Source: an uncultured delta proteobacterium
GTDB taxonomy: Bacteria > Desulfobacterota > Binatia > UBA9968
DNA length: 64,000 nucleotides
NCBI GenBank assembly: GCA_963804165.1
Contig: CAWDPO010000046.1
Coordinates: forward strand, 288,001 to 352,000
Direction: 5' to 3'
Part shown: piece after piece, positions 9,653 through 19,880 of the stretch
Layout: each line of letters starts with the position of its first letter
How positions within the stretch are numbered: the stretch's first letter is position 1
Position numbers and translations under genes: made by a program
The notes under the pieces: model-generated
Told to the model about the DNA's origin: nothing
What the model saw: only the letters and a program-made list of their open reading frames with translations
Databases searched by the model: none

Positions 9653-10594
9653 ATGAAAGTTAAACCCAAACGGAAACCGATCAAATGGCCCGATGGCGCG
9701 CGCATCGCGATCACGCCCTGCGTCGCTTTCGAGACCTGGCCGGTAGACCTGGGAGGTCCCAATACATTGCAACAGGAAAATCGCCGCAGCTTCCCGCGCA
9801 ATGCTGAAACCAAACGGAATTTGGCGATCATCACGGACCGCGAGTTTGGCGAACGCGTCGGTATTTACCGCATGCTTGAAGTCTTCGAATCGGAAAAAAT
9901 CCGCACGAGTTTCTTTCCCACGGGAATCACCGTGCAGAACTATCCCGGGATCTTCAAAGAAGCAGCCGAGTACGGCCACGAGATCGGCACCGAAACGTGG
10001 ATACACGATTACAGCTACATGAAGAAGCGAGCCCAGGAGAAAAAAGATCTGATAAAAACCGCCGAAGCGGTGAAGAAAGTGGTCGGCAAGGCGCCTGTCG
10101 GATACCTCTCCACGGGTGTGGCTCCCAGCGCAGCTACGCCGGAAGTGATAGTGGAGTGTGGCTACACGTACTGGATGGACCCGCAGCATCAGGAGACACC
10201 GTACACCCTCAAGGTCAAGGGAAAAGAACTCACGGTGCTGTCGTATTTTCAGGACTTGAATGACTACTCCAGTTATCAACGCGCCGGCAGAACACCGCGG
10301 GATTTGCTGCAGATGTGGAAGGATTGCTTCGATTGCCTTTACGAAGAGGGTGAAAACGATCCAAAGTTCATGATGTGGGGCAATCACCCCTTCGTCGGCG
10401 GGCGGCCGTTTCGCGCACTGCTGCTGCGCGAGTTCATTCGCTACGCGAAAAGCCACGGCAAAGTCTGGTTCGCTCCGGCGGGAGACATCGCCAAGTGGTA
10501 CCGTGAAAACTATCACGACGCGCAAGTCGAAGAATGGCCGAACTTCTCGTTTGCCGGCCGCGCGGGCAAGATCACGGACCTTTCGAAACTTTAA
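9653..10594 (+). CDS. Polysaccharide deacetylase (CE4)/PuuE-like hydrolase
   Basis: WPDGARIA, EFGERVGIYR, HEIG, FDCLYEEG, HPFVGGRP, VWFA; GGAGG RBS. Confidence 0.85.
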   Translation: MKVKPKRKPIKWPDGARIAITPCVAFETWPVDLGGPNTLQQENRRSFPRNAETKRNLAIITDREFGERVGIYRMLEVFESEKIRTSFFPTGITVQNYPGIFKEAAEYGHEIGTETWIHDYSYMKKRAQEKKDLIKTAEAVKKVVGKAPVGYLSTGVAPSAATPEVIVECGYTYWMDPQHQETPYTLKVKGKELTVLSYFQDLNDYSSYQRAGRTPRDLLQMWKDCFDCLYEEGENDPKFMMWGNHPFVGGRPFRALLLREFIRYAKSHGKVWFAPAGDIAKWYRENYHDAQVEEWPNFSFAGRAGKITDLSKL

Positions 10595-10671
10595 AAGTGG
10601 CGACCTGATGACTTGTAGGACGCCCCGTGCGTGGTTGGGCATAGCATTGGCAAGATGATGAAAGGCCTTTC

Positions 10672-10757
10672 GGAGTCCTTCGACTTGGCTCAGGACGAAC
10701 GGAGAGGGTTGAGATCGTTGATGATTTTTTCCGTTCATGCTGAGACTCTCGAAGCAT
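10672..10757. repeat. Dispersed palindromic element, copy 2 of 3
   Basis: GGAGTCCTTCGACTTGGCTCAGGACGAACGG...TTTCCGTTCATGCTGAGACTCTCGAAGCAT. Confidence 0.85.
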
Positions 10758-10785
10758 TCGAAAGCACCTAACAGAGATCACCGCA

Positions 10786-11952
10786 TTGGCAAAGAATAAA
10801 TCCCACGAAGACGAGATTAAATCAGGGCTCGCGACGCTGCGACAATTAGGCGTAGCTCTCGACATGCCTGAACCGGATCTCGTTTCTCGGCTTAGGACCG
10901 AATTCGGAAAGTCTCGGGAGAGTGATCTCGCGGTGATCTTTTCACTCGGCAAAGTCTTCGACACGACGGCAGTCGATGCGCTCGGCGAGATCGAGCGGCA
11001 AACAACCGACAAAGACCTCAAGAAAGAAATCAAACGATCGCTCTTCAAGCTGGCGCAAAAAGGTTTGGCCGCGCCGCACGAAGAGGCGGCGGCGACGAAG
11101 CCGATATCGCTCTTCGAGCGTGAAGCCGAGATCGAAGCCTACATGTCCGCGGTGGATGGTGGCGGTGGTCGGTTGATCTGGATCGCCAAGACGCAGCCAA
11201 GCCATGGCCTGCAGGTCCTCCAGGCCATGCTTCACGATCACGAAGGACTACTGCGCTTCGGCGGCACACATATGCGGCGCAAAGAACTGCGCAAGATGGC
11301 CGATGAGATCAAGCTGCAACACGGCATCAGTATGATCTCGGTGCCATGGGAATTTGCCGATCAGATTGTTTATGAAGGTTACGAGCGCGCGAAAGCGCGA
11401 GGGCAGCGCGGATTGGAAAATTTTCACGAGATTCGCTCGATCGTCGCCACGGGCAAACCTAAAGAACAAGCCCATCCGATCTATCTGAAATTGGATGCCG
11501 AACAAGCGCGCGACGGCGCCTGGCGCGAGCTCTCGCGGCGGCTTTTGGACGAGCCCGAATTGCGCTACTGGATTTTGACAGATGAATGGTTTCAAGCCTT
11601 TTTGCCCCAGCTGCAAGAAGCGCAGACCAGCCGCCTAGTGCTCAATCCGTTGCAAAAGGAAGAGCGCTTCAACGCCATCGCGCGCGACGCCGTGAAGGTC
11701 CTTTGTGCTGGCGAAAACGGCCAGGCGTTCAAACGGCGCATGGAAGACATGACGCTGTATTTTTTCGAAACGAAGAGAGTGGAGTTAGCGAAGCTTGCTT
11801 TCGCTGTCGCTCTTCAAGTTGGTGAGGGCGATCCAGGTCCGCTGGATATTTCATTTCTCACGGGACTGGTGCAGAAGAGTTTTGCTTTTTTCATGTCGCA
11901 GGAAAAGGCGAAGCGGGAAGAAGAGCAGTCCTCGCTGATCATCAAGCCGTAG
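10786..11952 (+). CDS. Conserved hypothetical helical protein
   Basis: 388-aa ORF with normal codon usage; KDLKKEIKRSLFKL and C-terminal SSLIIKP. Confidence 0.75.
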   Translation: MAKNKSHEDEIKSGLATLRQLGVALDMPEPDLVSRLRTEFGKSRESDLAVIFSLGKVFDTTAVDALGEIERQTTDKDLKKEIKRSLFKLAQKGLAAPHEEAAATKPISLFEREAEIEAYMSAVDGGGGRLIWIAKTQPSHGLQVLQAMLHDHEGLLRFGGTHMRRKELRKMADEIKLQHGISMISVPWEFADQIVYEGYERAKARGQRGLENFHEIRSIVATGKPKEQAHPIYLKLDAEQARDGAWRELSRRLLDEPELRYWILTDEWFQAFLPQLQEAQTSRLVLNPLQKEERFNAIARDAVKVLCAGENGQAFKRRMEDMTLYFFETKRVELAKLAFAVALQVGEGDPGPLDISFLTGLVQKSFAFFMSQEKAKREEEQSSLIIKP

Positions 11953-12378
11953 GACACCAATGAAGCTCGCAGGTCTTGTCGGATTGATTTTGTTATAACA
12001 GCTTGCGCCAGTTATCTCTATAACCCCGATGGCACGGTAGTTGTGTGTCTCTCCGGAGAGTATCCAGCGCAGGACTTTTCGCCGCGCCAGCGAATGAACG
12101 GTGGTTACCGAATTCATTCCCCGATTGACAGAGTCTCAGTCGTAGTGGCAGTTCATCGTTGGCCTCTCTCACGTTCCCAGCAATCTAAGCCCGGATGAAA
12201 AAAGAGATATTCGGGATTTATTCAGCAAGGCGCTTCGGAGTCTATCGATCGATCCATTCAGGGGTTAAAAGCCTAAGGTATATAAGCAAGCCGGATCGAC
12301 TGTTATCCGGTTCTCGACACGACTTATTCTTAATAAATTTATTACAGAGATGTGATGACGGAATCAAAGCCTACCAGG

Positions 12379-12575
12379 CTAGGTTCTGCTTCTCGTGCAG
12401 ATATACAGCGTGATGAGCGGATAGAGCTTCGCGGCGTTGGCCATCGCATCGATCTCGATCTCTTCGTTGTGGGCCGATGCGGGGCGCGGTGGCCGATTTT
12501 GATCTTCGGGATGCCACGCTCGTCATAGACGTTGTGGTCCAGATAGGTGCACGGTCGGAGGCGGGTTTGGTTTTC
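12379..12575 (-). pseudogene. Degenerate copy of the 3' end of the M20 gene (15488..15693)
   Basis: Aligns by eye: ATCGATCTCGATCTCTTCGTTG and GGCCGATTTTGAT shared; ends ICTRSRT* versus ICSRVRA*; contains indels. Confidence 0.8.
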
Positions 12576-13329
12576 AAATCTTTGATAACATCAGCTCGAA
12601 CCACGGCGTTTCCTCGTCAACAAATTTGTTCGGGCGCTTTTCCACGTGGACCAAATCCAATCCGTACTTGGCTCGGAGAGTTTCTTCATGTAACGGAAGG
12701 AGCGGCGCCACCACTAGTTTAGCGGATGGAGCTAAAGCGGCCGTAATGCTACGCAAAGCCAGATCCAGTTGCGCTTCATTCAGATGATTTAGCACTGAGG
12801 AGGCCAAAATCACGTCGAAGGCTCGCTGAAAATGCGCAATTTCAAAGGTTGCAGAGTGGAGAAATCTCGGTTGCTTATGTTCGAGACGATGCAAGGGAAT
12901 TTCGTATTGTACCGCCGCTTCTAAACTTTGCAGATGTGCATCCACGCCGAAATAGTGCTTGCTGTCTAGGTAGCCGATCCGCCATATCCCGGCGCGTATG
13001 CTACCGCAGCCAAAGTCGAGCAGATGGTGAGAGGTTTGAAGCCCGCGTGAAATCAAGTAATCGGCAATGTCTCGACCGTGGCACCAGGGGTTTTGGTAGG
13101 ACTGATGATGATATTCCGTGAGTAACTGGGACCGGGCCAATTTAGGGCGGCGGACGATTTGTACATTGAGCGCTCGTTCCAAAAATGTTTTGAGTTTGTG
13201 TTGAAGTGCTAGAAAAAGTTTTCTATGAGATGGTCGATGTTCAAGACACTGGACCCAAGAATAATTGTCTTTCTTATCAATAGCGTTGTTGTCGGGTCGG
13301 GTAAATTCTATCGTGATTTGTTTGGCCAA
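12574..13329 (-). CDS. Class I SAM-dependent methyltransferase
   Basis: LLDFGCGSIRAG motif I, YFGVD, FDVILASSVLNHL; start uncertain; visibly more AT-rich. Confidence 0.8.
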   Translation of the reverse strand: MAKQITIEFTRPDNNAIDKKDNYSWVQCLEHRPSHRKLFLALQHKLKTFLERALNVQIVRRPKLARSQLLTEYHHQSYQNPWCHGRDIADYLISRGLQTSHHLLDFGCGSIRAGIWRIGYLDSKHYFGVDAHLQSLEAAVQYEIPLHRLEHKQPRFLHSATFEIAHFQRAFDVILASSVLNHLNEAQLDLALRSITAALAPSAKLVVAPLLPLHEETLRAKYGLDLVHVEKRPNKFVDEETPWFELMLSKI

Positions 13330-13534
13330 GGCTATGCCTCTTCGTCTTGAACCTGCCGAGCTAAATGCCGGTTAAATAGCAAAAATCAGGATTAGCTGCA
13401 GAGTCGTGGCAGCGGGCTTTGCACGTTATATGTGCGTCGCTTGCGGCTAGTCATCAACAGATATCCTTGAGCTAGAGAGCCATTCTGGGCTGTTGGCTGT
13501 CCGGTAGTTTATGTTGAGGAGGCTAAGCGGATCA

Positions 13535-14841
13535 TTACCGTCCAAGCTCCCTTGGTCGGTTCTGTATCCATCGGCGGGTTATGAATTGAATCCACCAAAT
13601 TATAGACACGATGGGATCCTGGAAAAAGTACTTTGTGTAGGGGCTCCAAATCCTCTTTCTTCCCGAGAAATAGGTCTCCCTGATCCAGAGGACCAGTTCC
13701 CTCAGTGACATCGCAGGACCGCTCCGGTCGATGGGCTCTTTGCCCAAAATTCCGATGCGGAACCGATAGATGAGGAGGTCCACGAGTGCTTGGCTGAGCC
13801 GTACGCTGTGTTCGACCGGATCGACAAGCACCGATCCCACCGGATATTCTCGTATCGGTTCGACTTCCTCGCCCCGAGCGATTTTTAAAATCATTAGAGG
13901 TTCGTTGATTCCCGCTTCTGTCCTGTTCCAAAGTCCCCACCCAAGTCGGGGATTGATCTCCATCAATTTCGGGATGTTATCTCGGGGATCGATAAAGGTT
14001 TGAACCGTGATGCCTCCCCACCAACCGAGTTTCTGGATCATCTTTGCCGCATCCGTGGCATAGGGTTGCGAAGCCGGCGAATCCAAAACAAAAACTTGAC
14101 AAAACCGACGAGAATGATCGAGCAATTTTCGGCAGAAGACCATCTTCAACTCTCCCTTTTTATCGAGCGTAATGGCAAAGTTGTTAATGTGGCGACCGGG
14201 AATATATTCCTGCATCACGAATGTCCCGAAACTATTCTCGTTAATATGTGTTTTGTCCAATAGCTCCGGGAGATCCTTGATCAAGTGCATTCCCCGCCCT
14301 CCCGCGGTAAATCGGCGTTTCATGATTAGGGGGAAGCCCAAGTCGTTCGCAATGCGTCTGACATTCTCCTCAGTCTGTGGCAAAAACGTCTTCGGACACG
14401 GAAACCCCACTTCCTCCGCGGCCTGGATCGTCCGATACTTGTCCAGCGGCGTTATCACTGCCTCATAGTCTGGTATCGGGATCAGTACGCCCATTTTTTC
14501 AAATCTCACCTTGTTCTTGGAAAAAACATAGACGTGGGCATCGTAGGAGGGAAAGATGGTATCGATCTTCTCTTGCTCACAGATTCTCAGAATCGCTTGG
14601 ATATAAGTTTCTTCCCGCTCCGTGTTCTCCCTCCGGATTCTTCCCGCTCTCCAATCTTGCACAGGGGAAGGACGTAGTACCGTTTGTCGACAAGGCGGGA
14701 GTTGGCGGCGTGACAGAGCAGGGCCGCCAGGCGGTTCTTACCGTCTATTGTCACGACGAGCTTCTCACTATGAGGCCGCAGCGCTCGGATGATCGCGTAA
14801 GCTTGGGGATTACGGGTGTTGGTGACTAGAAGCCGCATCAT
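13535..14841 (-). CDS. ATP-grasp (carboxylate-amine ligase-like) protein; frameshift near 14670
   Basis: N-terminus in 14587..14844 (MRLLVTNTR...SRLVDKRYYV), rest in 13535..14662: DKYRT, GFPLIMK, GGRG, VMQEYIPG, LMEINPRL. Confidence 0.85.
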
Positions 14842-15071
14842 CATTATCTGCGGGCATCGCTGATCAAGGTCTCACACGCCCATGTCCGGAAAAGCAGCGT
14901 GCGTTTTCCGAGCCGTCGTGAATGCTAGAGCGGACGTTTGACTCGGATGATTTAACACTCTGGTAGCCAAGATCACGTCGAACAAGACGGCCACATTACG
15001 TGGGCGTTGCTTATACTCCAGGCACCAGCCTTGATCAACAGCTGACTCACTGACAACGCGATATCCAGCCA

Positions 15072-15434
15072 GGTTTCAAGCCCTTTTGCCCCGGCTGCAA
15101 GAAGCGCAGACCAGCCGCCTGGTGCTCAATTCGCTGCAAAAGGAAGAGCACTTCGACGCCATCGCGCGACACCGTGAAGGCGCTTTGTTCCAGCGACAAC
15201 GGGAAGGCATTCAAAGAGGGCATGGAAGATACGGCGCTGCACTTTCTTGAAACGAACAGAGCGGAGGTAGCAAAGCTTGCGGTCGCGGTTGGTCTTCAAG
15301 TCGGCGAAGGCGATCCTGGGCCGCTGGATATTCCATTTCTCACAGGACTCGTGCAGAAGAGTTTTGCTTTTTTCATGTCGCAGGAAAAGGCGAAACCAGA
15401 AGAAGAGCAGTCTTCGCTGATCATCAAGCCATAG
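15072..15434 (+). pseudogene. Duplicated 3' fragment of gene 10786..11952
   Basis: Close nucleotide match to 11588..11952 from GGTTTCAAGCC to the stop; ends SFAFFMSQEKAKPEEEQSSLIIKP; indels; no 5' part. Confidence 0.9.
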
Positions 15435-15487
15435 CGGCGTGGTGATGCTTCTATTTTCTATGGCCAGATTAGGCGGTTAAATTACCC

Positions 15488-16771
15488 CTACGCTCTCACT
15501 CGGCTGCAGATATCCAGGACGATCAGCGCATAAAGCTTGGCCGCATTGACCATTGTATCGATCTCGATCTCTTCGTTGCGGGGGCCGATGCGGCGGCCGC
15601 GGGGGCCGATTTTGATGGCGGGAATGCCAAGCTCGTTGTAAACATTCGTATCCGTCCAGATGCTGGCGCGGTCAGGGGCTTCGTGTTTGATCTTCTCGCC
15701 GAAAAGGTACTGATAACTTTCCTCCGCTGATTTCACCAGCGGTTCGACATTTTTACCCTCGTGGCCAAGCAACGACTTGTAGAGGTCCATCTGATAGTCG
15801 AGGCCGGTGGCGTTGAGCGTCTTTTCGAGTTCGTACTGGATCTGCACCGGCCGCACCTGGGGCGGCATGCGGATGTCCACATAGATCGAGCAGACGCCGG
15901 GAAAATAGTTGGGCCGATAGGGTGCGCCGCCTTCGATGGCACCGATGTTAACTTTGGGATAGAGCGGGCCAGTGGGCGATTGGTAGACGTATTTCGCTTC
16001 GAATTCCGTACCCCAGCGCTCAACGGCGTCGATGATCTTGGTCATCTTGACGATGGCGTTCATCTTCATCATCGGATGCGTTTCGCGATTCGATCCCCAG
16101 GCCGCTTCGGCTTTGCCGTAGGTTTGGATTTTTACCTGTACCACTCCGTTCTGCGTCCAGACGATATTCATGTCGGAGCCGTCGGCACAGAGCGCATAAT
16201 CGGAGTGCATGCCGTGGGTAAGCAAATGGCGCGTGCCGGCGCCTTCGCCACGATATTCCTTGGTCTGCCAGGGACCGATTGGCGTGCGCGAAATTTCGCC
16301 GACGACAGCGGCGAGAATCACATCGCCTTTGAGTTTTACGCCGCTTTTCCTGAGTGCTTTGCCGGCTATCATGAACGCGGCTACGCCGCCCTTCATGTTG
16401 GATATGCCCAAGCCCTGGACTTTGCCGCCGACAATTTTTCCTGCGAGCTCCGCTTCCGGTTCCATGTTAGCCACCATGCGGCGGTCTTCTTCCGTGCCGG
16501 TGAAGCTCGTGTCGGTGTGACCGTTAAAGCCCAGGCTCAGTCCCGTGCCGTCGCCTTTGACGATGCCGACGGCATTGGGCCTGTCGAATTCTACGTCCTG
16601 GCGTACGGCTTTGATGCCGTTGGCCGCGTACCAATTCAAAATAAACTCACCAATCGCCTTTTCCTGCCCCGTGGGACTCGGGATGCTAGTGAGGTCGCAA
16701 CCGAGTTGCGCCAATTCGTCGCGGTCAATTTGATCTAGGACTTTCTTCGATGTTTCCTTGTCGAGCGCCAT
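15488..16771 (-). CDS. M20/ArgE-DapE family peptidase/deacylase homologue
   Basis: SIPSPTGQE, FNGHTDT, GISNMKGG, VNIGAIEGG, DIRMPP. Confidence 0.85.
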   Translation of the reverse strand: MALDKETSKKVLDQIDRDELAQLGCDLTSIPSPTGQEKAIGEFILNWYAANGIKAVRQDVEFDRPNAVGIVKGDGTGLSLGFNGHTDTSFTGTEEDRRMVANMEPEAELAGKIVGGKVQGLGISNMKGGVAAFMIAGKALRKSGVKLKGDVILAAVVGEISRTPIGPWQTKEYRGEGAGTRHLLTHGMHSDYALCADGSDMNIVWTQNGVVQVKIQTYGKAEAAWGSNRETHPMMKMNAIVKMTKIIDAVERWGTEFEAKYVYQSPTGPLYPKVNIGAIEGGAPYRPNYFPGVCSIYVDIRMPPQVRPVQIQYELEKTLNATGLDYQMDLYKSLLGHEGKNVEPLVKSAEESYQYLFGEKIKHEAPDRASIWTDTNVYNELGIPAIKIGPRGRRIGPRNEEIEIDTMVNAAKLYALIVLDICSRVRA

Positions 16772-16833
16772 CTGTTCCTCCGAGAAAAATGATCGCGTCC
16801 AGGTAACTATACCGTAGAAAGCAAGTCAAACGA

Positions 16834-16908
16834 GGTCGGGACGGGATTCCCCATTCTTGCAAATTCAGCCGGCGCTCTTTAGAGTCGGAGCCGGCATTCC
16901 GACCGACC
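16834..16908. repeat. Degenerate REP-like inverted pair
   Basis: GGTCGGGACGGGATTCC...GGCATTCCGACCGACC. Confidence 0.4.
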
Positions 16909-16961
16909 CACAACACTCGATGCCTCCCAACAAAAATTTATGGATCATCCTCAGGAGATCT

Positions 16962-17462
16962 ATGGACACTTCAACGGTCGTCATGATGGCGGCGGCGCTG
17001 ATTATGCTCGCCTTTGTTTATTTCAAGTCGCCGGAAGCCGCCAACAAAGGGCTTCACGCGACCGGATCTCTGATTCTTGAAATCACTCCTCGGATGATCG
17101 CGGCGTTTTTACTCGCGGGACTATTTCAGGCGATCGTGCCCCAGGAACTGATTGTCCAATGGATGGGGCATGGCTCGGGATTCAAAGGCATTTTGATCGG
17201 TATGACTTTGGGTGGCATAACTCCGGGCGGGCCGATGACGCATTTCCCCGTGATCGCCACATTTTTTAAAATGGGCGTCGGTATCGGTCCTTTGGTCGCT
17301 TACCTGACGGCGTGGTCGCTCTTCGGCATGCAACGCATTATAATGTGGGAAATCCCGTTTTTGGGTGCTAAAGTTGTCGCGATCCGGTTCGCCGTGAGCT
17401 TTTTCTTTCCGATTATCGCCGGTTGGCTCTGCGAGCTGGTCTGGAACAAATTGCACGTCTAA
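16962..17462 (+). CDS. DUF318/ArsP-like small permease
   Basis: Hydrophobic; QAIVPQELIVQWMG, GGITPGGP, MGVGIGPLVAYLTAWSL; AGGAG RBS. Confidence 0.75.
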   Translation: MDTSTVVMMAAALIMLAFVYFKSPEAANKGLHATGSLILEITPRMIAAFLLAGLFQAIVPQELIVQWMGHGSGFKGILIGMTLGGITPGGPMTHFPVIATFFKMGVGIGPLVAYLTAWSLFGMQRIIMWEIPFLGAKVVAIRFAVSFFFPIIAGWLCELVWNKLHV

Positions 17463-17468
17463 GAAGGT

Positions 17469-18749
17469 ATGAACCGAAGAGAGTTTTTGAAAATCGTCGC
17501 CGGCGGGAGTCTCGCTGCTCCTGGTCTGTTCGGTCCATCCGGTTGCGCGACGGTTCTTCCGCCAACGGTCTCGGATACCGGGTTGTCGCTCTACTGTATT
17601 GCCGGAGACGTGACGGACAGGGAAGCACTGGTGTGGTTACGCACCGAGCCCAACAGCCTAGTCGCTTTACAGTATGGCAAAGAGGCGCGCCTGGCGGAAT
17701 ACGACGTGACGAAACTGGTTTCCGTCGATCCCGCAGCGGACTATACGGTCAAAATTCTTCTTGACGATTTGCAGCCTGCGACGCGCTACTATTATCGCGC
17801 CGCGGTGAGCGGTAAGGCTCCGGGGCCGATCGGAAGTTTTGTCACTGCGCCGAGGCTTGACGACGATCGCAAGGTAACTTTTTGCTTCAGCGGCGACACG
17901 CGGGAAAGCTACAAACCGTTTACGGTTATGAACGCCGTTCATGCCCAGCGGCCGGATTTTTTCCTGCACTTGGGCGATACGATTTACGCCGATCGAAACG
18001 GCAGCGCGCGGCAACTCGGCGAGTTCTGGGCAAAGTACCACACCAACCGCGACGACCCCGCGACCCGCAATTGTTTCAACGATACCAGTGTCTACGTGGT
18101 CTGGGACGATCACGAAGTTGTCGACAACTATGCTTCCGGCAATCTGCTCGCCGCGATCGGTCAGCGCGCGTTTCTCGATTATTGGCCTGTGCGCTGTCCG
18201 GCCAACGAGCCGAAGCGCATTTACCGTTCATTCCGCTGGGGCAAGGCGGTCGAGTTGTTCATACTCGACACGCGCCAATATCGGGATTGGAATAAATCGA
18301 CCATGTTGGGCGGAACGCAAAAAGAATGGCTCTTTGCGCGCCTCGCTCAATCCTCAGCGACTTTCAAGTTTATCGCAACGTCGGTGCCCATGGCGGGAGG
18401 CGGAAGTGATCGTTGGGACGGATTTCCGAAGGAGCAAGCCGAGATCTTGGCCTATATCCGCGATGCAAAAATCCGCGGCATATGTTTTCTGAGCGCCGAT
18501 ATGCACTGCGCGGCGATCACAAAGATTCCCAAGTCGCGCGGGCTCAAAGATATCACCGCAGGGCCGCTGGCTGCGCCGCTCAATCGAGTCACCGACGGCA
18601 CGGCGCGACGATACGAATATTACTTGGCGGAGAATTTCAACTTTGCAAAGATCACGGTTGATCCGAAAACGGATCCGACAAAGGCGTCGGTCGAGTTCAT
18701 CGATCAGGACAACCAAGTTTTTCATCGCACGACAATTCAAGCGGGCTGA
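17469..18749 (+). CDS. phoD: Alkaline phosphatase D family protein, Tat-exported (possibly a lipoprotein)
   Basis: MNRREFLK Tat signal; HLGDTIYAD, WDDHEV, LDTRQYR, DRWDGF, SADMH. Confidence 0.9.
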   Translation: MNRREFLKIVAGGSLAAPGLFGPSGCATVLPPTVSDTGLSLYCIAGDVTDREALVWLRTEPNSLVALQYGKEARLAEYDVTKLVSVDPAADYTVKILLDDLQPATRYYYRAAVSGKAPGPIGSFVTAPRLDDDRKVTFCFSGDTRESYKPFTVMNAVHAQRPDFFLHLGDTIYADRNGSARQLGEFWAKYHTNRDDPATRNCFNDTSVYVVWDDHEVVDNYASGNLLAAIGQRAFLDYWPVRCPANEPKRIYRSFRWGKAVELFILDTRQYRDWNKSTMLGGTQKEWLFARLAQSSATFKFIATSVPMAGGGSDRWDGFPKEQAEILAYIRDAKIRGICFLSADMHCAAITKIPKSRGLKDITAGPLAAPLNRVTDGTARRYEYYLAENFNFAKITVDPKTDPTKASVEFIDQDNQVFHRTTIQAG

Positions 18750-18911
18750 CTCGGTTGTAATTCAGTTCTAGCCTAGCGATGGGCACCCCCATCTTAATCT
18801 TCCCTCGTTGAAGGGAGAAAAATCGCAAAAAACTGCACTTCCCAGTAAGCCAAAGACGGTTTAGCCGTCCACATTCGCACCGGTGGTTCTTCATAAAGAA
18901 CAGGATTCGGT

Positions 18912-19880
18912 TTATCGACGGTTCTTTAAGGCTTCGGGGTTGAGGGCGCGGGTGAGCTTGCCGTTCATGTAATCGAGAATATTGGTTACGGCGTTTTCGG
19001 CGAAGCCTTCGAAGCCCGAATCCGTCGGCCAGCCAAGGTGCGGCGTCAGCACGACATTTTCCAACTCAAGCAGCGCGTGGTCTTTCGTGATCGGTTCTTG
19101 GACAAAAACGTCGAGAGCGGCGCCGGCGATGGCATTCTCCTTCAAAAGTTTGACCAGAGCCGTTTCGTCGACAATGGCGCCACGTGCGGTGTTTATCAGA
19201 TAGGCCGACTTTTTCATCAAGCGGAGACGCGCCTCGTTCAAGAGATTTCGGCTCTGGTCCGAAAGGGCCAGATGCACCGAGACAACATCGGCGGTCTTGA
19301 GAACTTCTTCCAGCGGCATGAACGTCGCCTCTGATTTCGCGGCGCGTTCGCTGGTCAGCGTCGGCCCCCAGGCGATAACTTTCATGCCGAAGGCGTGACC
19401 GATAGCCGCGACCTCCGTGCCGATTTTCCCAAGTCCCAATATGCCGAGCGTTTTGCCTCTGAGCACGTAGCCGAGCACGAGCGGCCATTCGCCACGGCGC
19501 ATGGCGCGGTCGCTCTGCGGGATGCGGCGCATAACCGCAAGCATCAAACCGAAGGCCAGCTCCGTCGTGCTGTTGCCGCCGGGCGCCAGGCTGACGACGA
19601 TGCCCTGTTTCGTCGCCGTGTCCATGTCGACGTGGTAGACGTGATTGCCGGTTTGAGAAATGTATTCGAGATCCGGCAGCGCGCGCAGCAGCGATGCCGT
19701 AAACCTCGTGCGCTCGCGCACGGGAATGATGACCGGCGAGTCTTTGAGCGCTTCGATGACAGCGGCTTCGGACGGAAGTTTTTCCGTCAGGATCCTCACA
19801 TCGACTTTTTGCCGCAAGCGCTGGATCGCTTCGGTGGCCTGGAAAGCGCGCTGATAATCGTCGAGGACGGTTACTTTCAT
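18912..19880 (-). CDS. D-2-hydroxyacid dehydrogenase family protein
   Basis: GILGLGKIG, INTARGAIVDE, ALDVF, TPHLG. Confidence 0.92.
   Translation of the reverse strand: MKVTVLDDYQRAFQATEAIQRLRQKVDVRILTEKLPSEAAVIEALKDSPVIIPVRERTRFTASLLRALPDLEYISQTGNHVYHVDMDTATKQGIVVSLAPGGNSTTELAFGLMLAVMRRIPQSDRAMRRGEWPLVLGYVLRGKTLGILGLGKIGTEVAAIGHAFGMKVIAWGPTLTSERAAKSEATFMPLEEVLKTADVVSVHLALSDQSRNLLNEARLRLMKKSAYLINTARGAIVDETALVKLLKENAIAGAALDVFVQEPITKDHALLELENVVLTPHLGWPTDSGFEGFAENAVTNILDYMNGKLTRALNPEALKNRR

Noticed and set aside
9632-10738. 368-aa minus-strand ORF and similar long antisense ORFs (15761..16738, 25657..26580, 32496..33437)
   Set aside because: Shadow frames of well-supported genes in GC-rich DNA, with no motifs.
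11953-15071. Prophage, integron or IS-bounded island
   Set aside because: No integrase, transposase, attC-like sites or tRNA target seen; only the gene-fragment duplication is supported.
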